Shown here one piece after another: positions 40,705 through 50,735 of a stretch of 64,000 nt of DNA (positions are counted from its first letter, which is position 1; each line of letters begins with the position of its first letter). The notes beneath the pieces were generated by a model, which was given only the letters and a program-made list of their open reading frames with translations, searched no databases and had not been told where the DNA came from. The DNA lies in the sequence record SRR20825019_46. The stretch is one strand, 5' to 3'. The position numbers and the translations under genes are program-made.

Positions 40705-41005
40705 GCATCTCATCCACTACGGTATACATTTTTTGGTTCCCGTTTTAATTGGACTTTGGTTCTTCAAAGGAGATAGTTTTAGGGTTATTTTGATACTTCT
40801 GGCCGGAATCCTAATAGATATAGATCACCTCTGGGCAATTCCTTTGTATGATCCCAACCGTTGCAGTTTGGGGTTTCATATCTTTCATACCTATTGGGCC
40901 ATTATACTCTATATTTTGTTGCTGTTCTTTAAACCTACCCGACTAATCGGTTTAGCTTTGGTCATACACATTATAGCAGATTCCGTGGATTGTTTATTGA
41001 TGTGA
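40697..41005 (+). CDS. Small membrane protein (DUF6122-like, metal-dependent hydrolase-like)
   Basis: HYGIH, LIDIDHL, RCSLGFHIFH, HIIAD with hydrophobic helices. Confidence 0.65.
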   Translation: MTRHLIHYGIHFLVPVLIGLWFFKGDSFRVILILLAGILIDIDHLWAIPLYDPNRCSLGFHIFHTYWAIILYILLLFFKPTRLIGLALVIHIIADSVDCLLM

Positions 41006-42034
41006 ATTTAAACGTACAGTCGCCATTACCGGATAATGATCGGAAAGGCGTTTATCGAAATTCTGATGGGAAATCACTTCAAAATCTTTATCTGTCAAAA
41101 TGTAATCTATTCGAAGTGGTAGCTTCCACAAATCGTATGTACGCCCAAAACCACTTCCCTCTTCTAAAAAAGTATCTTGTAAACCACCTTTTGCAATTTT
41201 ATAAACATTGGAAAATTGAGTATTATTAAAATCTCCGCAAACAATATTTGCATAAGGACTCTCCTCTAAATGACTTCTGAGAATTTCAGCTTGCTCCAAT
41301 TGTTTTGAAAAGGTATCGACCAATATCTTATAAGTTCTTTCCGATTTTTCTCCATCAGAAAAGTTATCCGTACTTGGTATAATCTTAAAAGATTGCAGAT
41401 GTACATTGTAAACCCGCAGAGTATCCTTTCCAACGGTAATATCAGCATAAATAATATTATTGATAGTACCCGGTAAATCCAACGAACCTTCCCCAACAAT
41501 AGGGTGTTTAGAAAATATGGCCTGAGTTGTCCTTGGTACGGCGTTAGGTGTTTCACTCCTATATTTATATTGATTTAGCTGCCTGTAACGATCCCTACTA
41601 TGTTCTTGGACGCAGAGAATGGTCGGGTCCTGATCTTTCACAAATTTCACTATACTATCCCCCACCCCTGGTTGTTTCATCCAACCATTCTTATTAAATC
41701 CCCATGCATTGAAGGACATGATTTTTATATCCGATGACACTCCTTCTTGAGGATCATTATTGCCTCCAAAACCATAAAAAGGTCCGAACATAAGATAACC
41801 GAGAACGATAGCCGTGAACGAAAGCAAAAACTTTCGTTTCTTTTTTGCCGCCCAGTACAATAGAAACAGTACGTTAAGTGCAAATAAAAAAGGTACTACC
41901 AAACTCAGTACCGAGATGGCAGAGAAAAACCGTAATGGCACATAAGAGATGAATCCAGTAAACAGCAATAGAAATGCAATCAAAATATTAATTGCAAACA
42001 CCACCCTATCCCATATTGAGGTAGATTTTTTCAC
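40994..42034 (-). CDS. Endonuclease/exonuclease/phosphatase family protein with N-terminal TMs
   Basis: MSFN, LCVQE, NVHLQS, CGDFN, RIDYI, SDHYPV motifs. Confidence 0.9.
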   Translation of the reverse strand: MKKSTSIWDRVVFAINILIAFLLLFTGFISYVPLRFFSAISVLSLVVPFLFALNVLFLLYWAAKKKRKFLLSFTAIVLGYLMFGPFYGFGGNNDPQEGVSSDIKIMSFNAWGFNKNGWMKQPGVGDSIVKFVKDQDPTILCVQEHSRDRYRQLNQYKYRSETPNAVPRTTQAIFSKHPIVGEGSLDLPGTINNIIYADITVGKDTLRVYNVHLQSFKIIPSTDNFSDGEKSERTYKILVDTFSKQLEQAEILRSHLEESPYANIVCGDFNNTQFSNVYKIAKGGLQDTFLEEGSGFGRTYDLWKLPLRIDYILTDKDFEVISHQNFDKRLSDHYPVMATVRLNSHQ

Positions 42035-42037
42035 TGT

Positions 42038-42901
42038 TTAGTTTTCCTTACCTGCCTTAAACAAAAAGTCCTTTTCCTCTTTGGACAAGCTTTCATAGCC
42101 AGATTTACTGATTTTATCCAAAATCGAATCAATCCTTTTTTGCTTGGCCTGTTTGTTGTAATCTTCTTTGTTGTTAGCGGCTGCCTTTTTCCTGTAAACC
42201 GTCTTTAAGGGTGCCTTTTTCTCCTTTGGCTTAAATATGTTTACGATTGCTTCTCTAAATTTAGTGAAACCGGAACCTATATCATTTCCCTTGAACAATT
42301 GCCGAGCGTACATATATCCTAAAAAGGCTCCCCCAAAATGGGCCATACCACCACCAATGTTATCCCCCATACCGATCAAGACCAAATCCTTTATTACCAA
42401 AGCAAGGCCGATATACCATAATTTTATATTGAAGAAAATTACACGCACCTCTTGATTTGGAATATAGGCACAGACAAAAATAAGCACTGCATTTACTCCT
42501 GCAGATGCGCCTATCAATGCGGTATTGGAGTTGACGAGGGTCGGAAATACATTATAACTTAGTAGAAACACCAAGCCGCCCAACATCAATCCCAAAAAAT
42601 ACACATTGATAAACCGCTGTGAATCAAATAGGTTAAGGAAAATCCGACCTGCAAAATAAAGCACGATCATGTTCCAAAAAATATGTCCAAAACCTGCATG
42701 GAAAAAGGAATAGGTCACCAAGGACCAAGGTTGGGTCAAAAATTCAAAAAAATCTTTTGGTAAATGAAACCAACGTGAAAACGAATGGCCCAACAAGGCG
42801 CCCGATAGTCCGTCCAATAAAAATATAAGCACATTGATGGCAATGAGCTTTTCGGCTATACTAAGCCTTGCAAATTGATATCGTAATCCACCGGTCATCA
42901 T
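42038..42901 (-). CDS. Rhomboid intramembrane serine protease with soluble C-terminal tail
   Basis: HIFWNM, IGASA (Ser), AHFGGA (His); tail IDSILDKISKSGYESLS.EEK. Confidence 0.9.
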   Translation of the reverse strand: MMTGGLRYQFARLSIAEKLIAINVLIFLLDGLSGALLGHSFSRWFHLPKDFFEFLTQPWSLVTYSFFHAGFGHIFWNMIVLYFAGRIFLNLFDSQRFINVYFLGLMLGGLVFLLSYNVFPTLVNSNTALIGASAGVNAVLIFVCAYIPNQEVRVIFFNIKLWYIGLALVIKDLVLIGMGDNIGGGMAHFGGAFLGYMYARQLFKGNDIGSGFTKFREAIVNIFKPKEKKAPLKTVYRKKAAANNKEDYNKQAKQKRIDSILDKISKSGYESLSKEEKDFLFKAGKEN

Positions 42902-42904
42902 AAA

Positions 42905-43660
42905 TTAATTCCACCTATTTTTGTTGAACTGATTTCTTTTCCAGTACCACATTATTATAAATCCGGTAAGCGCTCCTCCAACGTGTGCCATATAGGCAGT
43001 ATTGCTAGGGCTGAAAAAGGACTGCCCGGTAATCGCCGAAATCACATCCAACAAGATTATTCCGGGAATAAAATATTTGGCCTTTATGGGTATGGGCAAA
43101 AATATCAACATAAGCCGAGCTTCTGGGTTCATCATTCCAAACGCGGCCAAAATCCCCATAATACAGCCAGAGGCACCTACCATACTGGCATTGTATATTT
43201 GAGCATACTCTGGCATTACCGCTCTTAGGGTAGAGATCTGAATTTCGGACAGCCCTTCTTGGAGTCGGTTTGAAGCCAACATATCCAATATTTGCTGATT
43301 GGAGAGCCCCGTGCTCAACAATTCCGACTGGGCAGGTAAAAAATTAAAGTAGTAAAACCCTAACTGAAACAACACCGCGCCCAATCCCGCAGAAAAGTAA
43401 ACAAATAGAAACCTATTCTTTCCCAGTACTCGCTCAACAGGGGTTCCAAACATCCAAAGAGCGAACATATTGAAAGCTATGTGCATAAAACCACCATGCA
43501 TGAACATGTGGGTGATTATTTGCCAAATTTGGAAGTTTTCATTTTTGGGAAACCAAAGTGCCAACCATTGATACATTTGATCTCCATATAATTGAGTGGC
43601 AAAAAACAAGATCACGTTAATGATCAAAATGTGCTTTACTGCCTCGGTCATTCTACCCAT
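42905..43660 (-). CDS. Rhomboid intramembrane serine protease
   Basis: WQIITHMFMHGG..HIAFNM, VGASG (Ser), AHVGGA (His). Confidence 0.92.
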   Translation of the reverse strand: MGRMTEAVKHILIINVILFFATQLYGDQMYQWLALWFPKNENFQIWQIITHMFMHGGFMHIAFNMFALWMFGTPVERVLGKNRFLFVYFSAGLGAVLFQLGFYYFNFLPAQSELLSTGLSNQQILDMLASNRLQEGLSEIQISTLRAVMPEYAQIYNASMVGASGCIMGILAAFGMMNPEARLMLIFLPIPIKAKYFIPGIILLDVISAITGQSFFSPSNTAYMAHVGGALTGFIIMWYWKRNQFNKNRWN

Positions 43661-45511
43661 CTAGTTGAATTTTTTATCGATATCCCCTTCGGAGATAATG
43701 GTATATGTTATTTTTTGAAAAGGGCTCAAATTAGGCTCCTTGCATGCAAAAAGATTGTTCACCAACATTAATTGCGATTCAGAATCCAACACATCCCCAG
43801 TGCGTACCGCTAGGTTCCTACTAAGCGCTTTGGCCAACATTTCGGCCTGCGAAATGAAACCATCGGAGTAACCCTCCATATAATCAGCAATCAAGCGATC
43901 CAATACCGTGCCAATCCCACTTTCAGGAACCATCATGGGTACACCTGTCACTTTTACAGTCTCGTGTTCCAAACTATCAAATACAAAACCTATGTTTGTC
44001 AGGCTTTCATGGATTTCTTTGACTACGGCCAATTCCTGCTTGTTAAAACTCAGTTCCAAAGGAAACAATAATTGTTGGCTTACCCCTTCTTTCACCGTAA
44101 TCTCACCCAAAAACTTTTCGAAAAGAATCCGTTCGTGGGCCCTATTCTGATGGATGACCAGCATTCCCGACTTTACGGTGCTGACAACATATTTTCTCCG
44201 CAGTTGAAAGGTACTGGCCAAATGCTCCTCGACACCTTTACCCGAATACAAAGTACCCTGTTCCTCACTTTCAGACTCAATGACCACACTACTGAATTCA
44301 TTGTGGTCGTTCTGATGACCGAGTCCTTCGTACAAGTCCTCCCAGCCTTTAGTGCTCTGTTTACGAAAACTGCCTCCGGACCCGCCTTTCTTTACAGGCT
44401 CTTCCTGAAACGGATTAAAACTGGCATCTACAGTAACTTTTGGAATCACTGCTCCTTTTTCTTTGTATGAATAAGGTGTGTCCAGATTAGGGTCATGGTC
44501 AAAATCCAAAACAGGGGCCACGTTGAATTGTCCTAAACTATGTTTGATCGTTGATCGTAAAATCGCGTACAGCGTATTTTCATCATCGAACTTTACCTCG
44601 GTCTTTGTTGGATGTATATTGATATCGATAGAGGATGGGTCTACCTCCAAAAACAAGAAATAGCCCGGGTGGGTATCGGATTTAATCAAACCCTCAAAAG
44701 CTGCAACCACGGCATGATGTAAATAAGGGCTTTTGATATAACGGTTGTTGGCAAAAAAGAACTGCTCCCCCCTACTCTTTTTAGCGAATTCTGGTTTACA
44801 AATAAATCCGGACACCTTTACCACTTCGGTCTCCTCGGAAACGGGAACCAAACGGTTATCCATTTTACTGCCGAAGATGTGCACGATGCGTTGACGATGC
44901 TTTCCGATAGGAAGATTAAAAATCTCCGACCCATTGTTATAGAAGTGAAATTCGATATTGGGATGGACCAAAGCCACCCTATGGAACTCATCGGTAATAT
45001 GCCGAAGCTCCACTTGTGTCGATTTCAAAAAATTTCGTCTTGCCGGGATATTGAAAAATAGGTTCTTTACGGATATGGAAGTTCCCTCTGGGGTTGCGAT
45101 TACCACCTGGGACACAATTTTGCTCCCCTCAATTTTAAGGTGCGTACCAACCTCATTGGCTGCGGTACGCGTTTGCATATCCACATGTGCTATAGCCGCA
45201 ATGGATGCCAGTGCTTCGCCTCTAAAGCCTTTGGTGGCCAAATTAAAAAGATCTTGTGCGGACGATATCTTGGAAGTAGCGTGGCGTTCAAAGGACAAAC
45301 GGGCATCGGTCTCGCTCATACCCGATCCGTCGTCCACTACCTGGATAAGCGTTTTGCCCCCGTCCTTAACAATCAACTTTATACACGTGGCCCCCGCATC
45401 AATGGCGTTCTCCATAAGTTCCTTTACTACGGAAGCGGGTCGTTGTACCACCTCCCCTGCTGCTATTTGGTTAGCGACATGGTCCGGTAAAAGTTTAATG
45501 ATGTCCGCCAT
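43661..45511 (-). CDS. mutL: DNA mismatch repair endonuclease MutL
   Basis: NQIAAGEVVQRPASVVKELMENAIDAG, RHATSKI, GFRGEALASI, DINIHPTKTEV, HQNRAHER. Confidence 0.96.
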   Translation of the reverse strand: MADIIKLLPDHVANQIAAGEVVQRPASVVKELMENAIDAGATCIKLIVKDGGKTLIQVVDDGSGMSETDARLSFERHATSKISSAQDLFNLATKGFRGEALASIAAIAHVDMQTRTAANEVGTHLKIEGSKIVSQVVIATPEGTSISVKNLFFNIPARRNFLKSTQVELRHITDEFHRVALVHPNIEFHFYNNGSEIFNLPIGKHRQRIVHIFGSKMDNRLVPVSEETEVVKVSGFICKPEFAKKSRGEQFFFANNRYIKSPYLHHAVVAAFEGLIKSDTHPGYFLFLEVDPSSIDINIHPTKTEVKFDDENTLYAILRSTIKHSLGQFNVAPVLDFDHDPNLDTPYSYKEKGAVIPKVTVDASFNPFQEEPVKKGGSGGSFRKQSTKGWEDLYEGLGHQNDHNEFSSVVIESESEEQGTLYSGKGVEEHLASTFQLRRKYVVSTVKSGMLVIHQNRAHERILFEKFLGEITVKEGVSQQLLFPLELSFNKQELAVVKEIHESLTNIGFVFDSLEHETVKVTGVPMMVPESGIGTVLDRLIADYMEGYSDGFISQAEMLAKALSRNLAVRTGDVLDSESQLMLVNNLFACKEPNLSPFQKITYTIISEGDIDKKFN

Positions 45512-45795
45512 TATGGATTCAGGAATATTGATAAGTCAAAATCGATGATAAACAGAAACAGCAAGACCAGAACGGCAACAATGATCCAAAAACGAAGTTT
45601 TAAATTTTTATCCCCTTCGGTCTGTAAATCGTCCATTGCAGAGGTGACTTTGTTTTTAAGTCCCCTGGTGGAATGTGCCGTGGTTCTGAATTTATCAAGT
45701 TTGTGCTCAATTTTATAAGGATTCCCCTCTCCCTTATAATATCTGGGGGAGTAATCGAAGCTCTTATTTTTCCTAAGTTTTAAAGGGTTTCGCAT
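45511..45795 (-). CDS. Small conserved protein with C-terminal membrane anchor
   Basis: 94-aa ORF, F.Y.PRYY motif, C-terminal TM; stop overlaps the mutL ATG (TAATG). Confidence 0.75.
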   Translation of the reverse strand: MRNPLKLRKNKSFDYSPRYYKGEGNPYKIEHKLDKFRTTAHSTRGLKNKVTSAMDDLQTEGDKNLKLRFWIIVAVLVLLFLFIIDFDLSIFLNP

Positions 45796-45817
45796 AGTAT
45801 CCTTATCGCTGCAACCT

Positions 45818-45825
45818 CAAAGGTA
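45818..45825 (-). promoter_or_regulatory. -7 element for the small ORF-mutL-rhomboid operon
   Basis: CAAAGGTA on + reads TACCTTTG on -. Confidence 0.55.
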
Positions 45826-45917
45826 CTTAAAATAGAAAAAAGGGGTTGGACGATCGTCCCAAAAAATGTTAACAGTCCCTAGATGTTTAAATCATTGGAT
45901 GTTGGAAGCAATAGAAC

Positions 45918-46400
45918 TTACGTGCCCAACATAGCCATTTGAATGGCGGCAATAGCGGCTTCAGTTCCCTTGTTGCCGTGCTTACCTCCGCTTCTTGCCC
46001 TGGACTGTTCAATAGTATCGTCCGTCAACACACAAAAAATCACAGGAACATCGTAAGCTACGTTCAAGTCCTTGATGCCTTGGGCCGTTGCGCTACATAC
46101 AAAATCAAAGTGGCTGGTCTCCCCTCGAATAACGCTGCCGATAGCTATAATGGCATCCAATTTTTGGGTCTGAATCATCTTCTTGCAACCAAAAGTAAGT
46201 TCAAAACTACCAGGTACATCCCAGCGTAGAATATTTTCCGATAAAGTCCCACAATCCAATAACGCTTCTTGAGCTCCCTCGTACAAGGCCTCGGTAATCT
46301 CATCGTTCCATTCAGAAACAACAATCCCAAACCGAAGATTCTTCGCATTTGGGATTTTATTTTTATCGTAAACGGATAGGTTTTTGTTCTCTGTGGCCAT
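45918..46400 (-). CDS. ribH: 6,7-dimethyl-8-ribityllumazine synthase
   Basis: VVSEWN, VPGSFEL, GSVIRGETSHFDFV, GNKGTEAA. Confidence 0.95.
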   Translation of the reverse strand: MATENKNLSVYDKNKIPNAKNLRFGIVVSEWNDEITEALYEGAQEALLDCGTLSENILRWDVPGSFELTFGCKKMIQTQKLDAIIAIGSVIRGETSHFDFVCSATAQGIKDLNVAYDVPVIFCVLTDDTIEQSRARSGGKHGNKGTEAAIAAIQMAMLGT

Positions 46401-46403
46401 CTT

Positions 46404-47165
46404 TTAATTTTGCGCCAGTCCGATTAAAGCGTCAACAGCATTGGCTTCTTGAGAGTTCGGATATTCTTCCTTGATTCTTTCAAAATATCCCAAAGCTTTG
46501 CTTTTTTCACCAAGTTCCAATGCTACAACACCGGCCTTATGTAAAAAACGAGGAGCTGTAAATTCGTTATTGCTATGGGAAATTGCCTTTTCATAATAAT
46601 CCAAGGCATCATCATTCTGGTTTAATTGAGAAAAAGCATCACCGATTCCTCCTTTTGCCATAGCCCCCATAATGTCGTCATCGGAAGAAAAACCTTCCAA
46701 ATACTCAATGGCCTGGTCATATTGCTTAAGGTTCAAGTACGTCATACCAGCGGAGTATTTTGCCAAATTGGCCGCTTTGGTACCACTGTATTCCTCGATA
46801 ATGTCCAAGAAACCATACTTACCTTGAGCGCCGTTCAAAGCCAAGGTAAACAAAGAATCCTTTTCGGTTTCACTTGCCAACGCTTGGTCAAAGTATTGTT
46901 GCGGGTAGAAAAGTTCGTTTGCGGCTGTTGCCTCTTTTGGATTCTGGATGAATTGGTGATAGCCCAAGTAAGCTAAAACACCAACGGCAATCACACCGAT
47001 TACACCCAAAATATAATTTTGGTTCTTCTGAACCCATGCTTCGGTCTTGGATGCACCTTCGTCCAAAGTATTGAAAACTTCAGCCGTTGTGCTGTCGTGT
47101 TCCTCTATCTGAGCTTCTTCCTCTTTATTTTTTGGCTTAAAGCCTCTCTTCTTGTATGTTGCCAT
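46404..47165 (-). CDS. Membrane-anchored TPR protein (YfgM-like)
   Basis: Single TM followed by TPR-like helices (A.YSAG, A..YYEKA, AL.YFERIKEEYPNS). Confidence 0.75.
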   Translation of the reverse strand: MATYKKRGFKPKNKEEEAQIEEHDSTTAEVFNTLDEGASKTEAWVQKNQNYILGVIGVIAVGVLAYLGYHQFIQNPKEATAANELFYPQQYFDQALASETEKDSLFTLALNGAQGKYGFLDIIEEYSGTKAANLAKYSAGMTYLNLKQYDQAIEYLEGFSSDDDIMGAMAKGGIGDAFSQLNQNDDALDYYEKAISHSNNEFTAPRFLHKAGVVALELGEKSKALGYFERIKEEYPNSQEANAVDALIGLAQN

Positions 47166-47185
47166 CCGTCATTTAATTGGTCGCG

Positions 47186-47193
47186 CAAAAATA
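47186..47193 (-). promoter_or_regulatory. -7 element for TPR-ribH
   Basis: CAAAAATA on + reads TATTTTTG on -. Confidence 0.55.
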
Positions 47194-47229
47194 AAGTTTT
47201 TATCCAAAACCAAAAGGTAATTTATTCGT

Positions 47230-47237
47230 TATTTTTG
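47230..47237 (+). promoter_or_regulatory. -7 element for the recF operon
   Basis: TATTTTTG upstream of recF, divergent from the TPR promoter. Confidence 0.5.
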
Positions 47238-47291
47238 GATTCCCTTTTTTAAAGGGCTGCCTTTTTATTCCAAACCGTTTCTCTGATTTTT

Positions 47292-48371
47292 ATGTTTTTA
47301 AGACATTTATCTTTAGTCAATTACAAAAACTTTGATTCCAAAACCTTGGAATTCGACCCTGTCATCAACTGTTTGGTGGGCGATAACGGGGTGGGAAAGA
47401 CCAATGTTTTGGATTCCATTTACCACTTGTGCTTTGGCAAAAGCTACTTTAATCCCGTGTCCACGCAAAATATAAAACATGGCACCGATTTTTTTGTTGT
47501 TGAAGGTGAATTTGAGAAAAACGAAAGAACCGAAAAAATACTCTGCTCTTTTAAAAAAGGCACCAAAAAGGTGATAAAACGCAATGGAAAACCTTACGAA
47601 AAGTTTTCCGAGCACATTGGTTTTTTGCCATTAGTGATTATTTCCCCATCTGATCGCGACCTGATTTTGGAAGGCAGCGACACCCGCAGAAAGTTCATGG
47701 ACGGGGTAATTTCCCAATCGGACAAGGTATATCTTCAAAACCTCATCAAATACAACAAGGTGGTGACACAGCGCAATTCGTTGCTCAAGTATTTTGCCGC
47801 AAACCGCACGTTCGACAAAGATACCTTGAGCATTTACAACGAACAGATGAACACCTTGGGCACAGCGATTCATCAAAAAAGAGTAGAATTTATTGAGTCT
47901 TTTCTACCCATTTTCATAGAACAGTACCATAACATCTCCGAAAAAGATGAGCAAATCGACCTCTCCTACGAAAGTCAGTTGAGCGATGAAAGTCTCTTAG
48001 AACTTTTAAAACAAAATATTGATAAGGACCGGGCCTTGCAATATACCTCGGTAGGTGTCCACAAGGACGACCTTAGTTTTACCATTGCAGGCCACCCAAT
48101 TAAAAAATTCGGGAGCCAAGGCCAACAAAAGTCATTTTTGATTGCATTGAAGCTGGCACAGTTTCACTTTATTAAACAATTAGCAGACACTACACCCATT
48201 CTTTTATTGGATGATATTTTTGACAAGTTGGACGAAAACAGGGTGTCACACATCGTTGGACTGGTCAAGGATGAAAATTTTGGTCAGATTTTTATCAGTG
48301 ACACACATGCGGACCGCACCGAAAATGTGGTAAAGAACATTCATCAGAGTTATAAAATATTTACCTTGTAG
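47292..48371 (+). CDS. recF: DNA replication/repair protein RecF
   Basis: [41 protein letters not shown]. Confidence 0.95.
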   Translation: MFLRHLSLVNYKNFDSKTLEFDPVINCLVGDNGVGKTNVLDSIYHLCFGKSYFNPVSTQNIKHGTDFFVVEGEFEKNERTEKILCSFKKGTKKVIKRNGKPYEKFSEHIGFLPLVIISPSDRDLILEGSDTRRKFMDGVISQSDKVYLQNLIKYNKVVTQRNSLLKYFAANRTFDKDTLSIYNEQMNTLGTAIHQKRVEFIESFLPIFIEQYHNISEKDEQIDLSYESQLSDESLLELLKQNIDKDRALQYTSVGVHKDDLSFTIAGHPIKKFGSQGQQKSFLIALKLAQFHFIKQLADTTPILLLDDIFDKLDENRVSHIVGLVKDENFGQIFISDTHADRTENVVKNIHQSYKIFTL

Positions 48372-48375
48372 CATC

Positions 48376-48798
48376 ATGAAACGCATACTTCCCTTTTTAT
48401 TGATTTTACTGTTCTGGAGCTGTAATGATTCATCCATAAATAAAGAAGATTTACATTACCTGAACGGTTATTGGGAAATTTCAGAAGTTGAGTTTCCTGA
48501 CGGTTCCATCAAAGAATACGGAATGAACACAAATATCGATTTCATTCAATTGAAAGAAGACAAGGGGTATCGAAAAAAGATGAAACCCCAGTTTGATGGC
48601 ACCTACGACACCTCAAAAGATGTGGAAAGTTTTGAAGTATCGGACATCAACGAAACCTTCACCCTTCGTTATAAAAATGAGTTCAGTGAATGGGAAGAAA
48701 AACTGGTGGAGTTGGATTCGGTTTCATTTTCGGTCACCAACCAAGAAGGTATAACTTATAAGTACAAACGTTTTGAACCCATAAAAATCCCCCAGTAA
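48376..48798 (+). CDS. Lipocalin-like lipoprotein, function unknown
   Basis: Lipobox FWSC; LNGYWEI resembles the lipocalin GxW motif. Confidence 0.6.
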   Translation: MKRILPFLLILLFWSCNDSSINKEDLHYLNGYWEISEVEFPDGSIKEYGMNTNIDFIQLKEDKGYRKKMKPQFDGTYDTSKDVESFEVSDINETFTLRYKNEFSEWEEKLVELDSVSFSVTNQEGITYKYKRFEPIKIPQ

Positions 48799-49094
48799 TG
48801 GCCAAAAGACATAGTTCCCATATTCCATTGAGCGAAGCGCTTAGCGAGTTCATCCAAGAAAACAAACTCCAAAAGGGCATGGACAAAGTGGATGCCAGGG
48901 AGGCCTGGGCAACATTAATGGGCAATGGGGTAAACAACTACACAACAGCTGTTGAACTGAAAAACGATACACTCTACATATCGCTCACCTCTTCTGTATT
49001 ACGCGAGGAATTGAGTTTGGGAAAAACCAAGATCATTAAAATGCTCAATGAGGAATTGGGCAAGGAACTGGTGAAAAAATTGGTGTTGCGATAA
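48798..49094 (+). CDS. DUF721/DciA helicase-loader family protein
   Basis: W..LMG.GV..YT, L.ISL.SSVLREEL, I..LNE.LG pattern; downstream of recF. Confidence 0.8.
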   Translation: MAKRHSSHIPLSEALSEFIQENKLQKGMDKVDAREAWATLMGNGVNNYTTAVELKNDTLYISLTSSVLREELSLGKTKIIKMLNEELGKELVKKLVLR

Positions 49095-49107
49095 TCCAAA
49101 AGGCCAT

Positions 49108-49134
49108 AAAAAAAGCCACCCGAAAAGGTGGCTT
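49108..49134 (-). terminator. Intrinsic terminator between convergent dciA-like gene and ndk
   Basis: AAGCCACC-CGAAAA-GGTGGCTT stem; A-run 49108-49114 gives a U-tract on the minus strand. Confidence 0.8.
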
Positions 49135-49158
49135 CAATAAAATTATCTTGTAAATCGA

Positions 49159-49578
49159 TTAGTAGGTTTCCCTTCCTGAAAAGTGGAAAGCACCTTCGAT
49201 AGCAGCATTTTCATCGCTATCGGAACCGTGAACCGCATTTTCACCAATACTGGCAGCATACAATTTTCTAATGGTTCCTTCAGCAGCTTCTTCTGGATTG
49301 GTTGCACCGATCAAAGCACGGAAATCATCCACGGCATTGTCTTTTTCCAAAATGGCAGCAACAATCGGTCCTCTTGTCATAAACTCCACCAATTCGCCAA
49401 AAAACGGACGCTCTTTGTGGATGGCATAGAATATTTCGGCATCCCTAGTGCTCAATTGTGTGTACTTCATGGCCACAATCCTAAATCCAGCAGCCGTAAT
49501 TTTATCCAAAATTGCCCCGATGTACCCGTTTTCAACGGCATCAGGCTTAATCATGGTAAACGTTCTATTTCCAGTCAT
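49159..49578 (-). CDS. ndk: Nucleoside diphosphate kinase
   Basis: [39 protein letters not shown]. Confidence 0.97.
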   Translation of the reverse strand: MTGNRTFTMIKPDAVENGYIGAILDKITAAGFRIVAMKYTQLSTRDAEIFYAIHKERPFFGELVEFMTRGPIVAAILEKDNAVDDFRALIGATNPEEAAEGTIRKLYAASIGENAVHGSDSDENAAIEGAFHFSGRETY

Positions 49579-49593
49579 TTTTTAAATTTTGCG

Positions 49594-49601
49594 CAAACTT
49601 A
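49594..49601 (-). promoter_or_regulatory. -7 element for ndk
   Basis: CAAACTTA on + reads TAAGTTTG on -, 15 nt upstream of the ATG. Confidence 0.6.
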
Positions 49602-49626
49602 AGCTTTTTCGACCAAGGTACAAGGC

Positions 49627-50661
49627 TCAATAGCTTTGTTTTAACTCTTGAAGAACAGTACCATTGTCCCCCATAATTTTGAATTCGGCCCTTTTCTCTT
49701 CAATATTCAGGTTGATGATTCCATAACTTTTATCGGAAACCACCTCCCCTACGCGGTGTTGATTAGGCTCTCCGCTAAAGCTGAAATACGAATGGGTCAG
49801 CCCACTACTGGTAAAGTCCACCAATGGATAGGATAGGCCGTCAACATCAGCTCTGGAGAACTCGGAAATATGTCGGTCGCCCGATAAAATAATCACTCCC
49901 TTTGCTCCTGATTGCTTGATAATGTTTTCCAATTTCTCCACCTCCAATGGAAAATTGCCCCAAGTTTCAAAACCATGTTCGCCCGAAAGCACTTGAATGC
50001 TGGACATAATCAGGTTGAAATCTGCATCCGATTCTTTAAGTTCTTTCCCCAACCATTCCCATTGAGCATTCCCAAGTATTGTAGCCGTGGAATCCATTGT
50101 TGGTTTGTATCTCCTATTTGAATCTTCATCTTTAATCAGCTCACTTCTAAAATAGCGCGTATCCAGTACAATCACTTTTACCTTGCCCGCTGGCACTTCG
50201 TAATCATGGGAGGTATAAACACCTTCTTGGTTTCTTCGCTCACTATCCTCTGGCACTCCCATAAAATCCAAAAACACCTGCTGGCTTTCTGCCTTTATCG
50301 CAAAATCGGACCCTCCGTCATTCACACCAAAATCGTGATCGTCCCAAGTACCGATAATCGGAACTTCTTTTCTCAACTTCGCATATCCTGCCACGGTATC
50401 CTGCATCGCATAGATAGTGCGTAATCGCTCAACATCGTCCGTGTCCGCGTAAACGATGTCCCCACCCCAAATCCAAACATCCGGATACTCGGACAAAATA
50501 TCATCCCAAAATGGATTAGGTTCTTGTGACATATTGCAGGAGCCAAAGGCAACCACAAAATCAGGTGCAGGCTGCTTTTGGGACTCAGTTGTTTGCTCCG
50601 CCTTCTTTTTACAGGAAATAAACAAAACCAATGCCGCTAAAATTAGGTATGATTGCTTCAT
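49627..50661 (-). CDS. phoD: PhoD-family alkaline phosphatase/phosphodiesterase lipoprotein
   Basis: Lipobox FISC; AFGSC, WGGDIVYAD, TWDDHDFGVND, LDTRYFR, LSGDRH. Confidence 0.88.
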   Translation of the reverse strand: MKQSYLILAALVLFISCKKKAEQTTESQKQPAPDFVVAFGSCNMSQEPNPFWDDILSEYPDVWIWGGDIVYADTDDVERLRTIYAMQDTVAGYAKLRKEVPIIGTWDDHDFGVNDGGSDFAIKAESQQVFLDFMGVPEDSERRNQEGVYTSHDYEVPAGKVKVIVLDTRYFRSELIKDEDSNRRYKPTMDSTATILGNAQWEWLGKELKESDADFNLIMSSIQVLSGEHGFETWGNFPLEVEKLENIIKQSGAKGVIILSGDRHISEFSRADVDGLSYPLVDFTSSGLTHSYFSFSGEPNQHRVGEVVSDKSYGIINLNIEEKRAEFKIMGDNGTVLQELKQSY

Positions 50662-50722
50662 GATATGATTTTACAGAATCAAAAATACGGATAAACCAAG
50701 TTACCTCTATATTATATTATTG

Positions 50723-50730
50723 TATATTTG
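50723..50730 (+). promoter_or_regulatory. -7 element immediately upstream of the DHH gene start
   Basis: TATATTTG, 5 nt before the ATG at 50736. A divergent phoD -7 element lies at 50680-50687. Confidence 0.55.
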
Positions 50731-50735
50731 GCCGC

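Noticed and set aside
45918-47290. FMN riboswitch upstream of ribH
   Set aside because: ribH follows the TPR gene by 3 nt and the short upstream spacer shows no RFN consensus.
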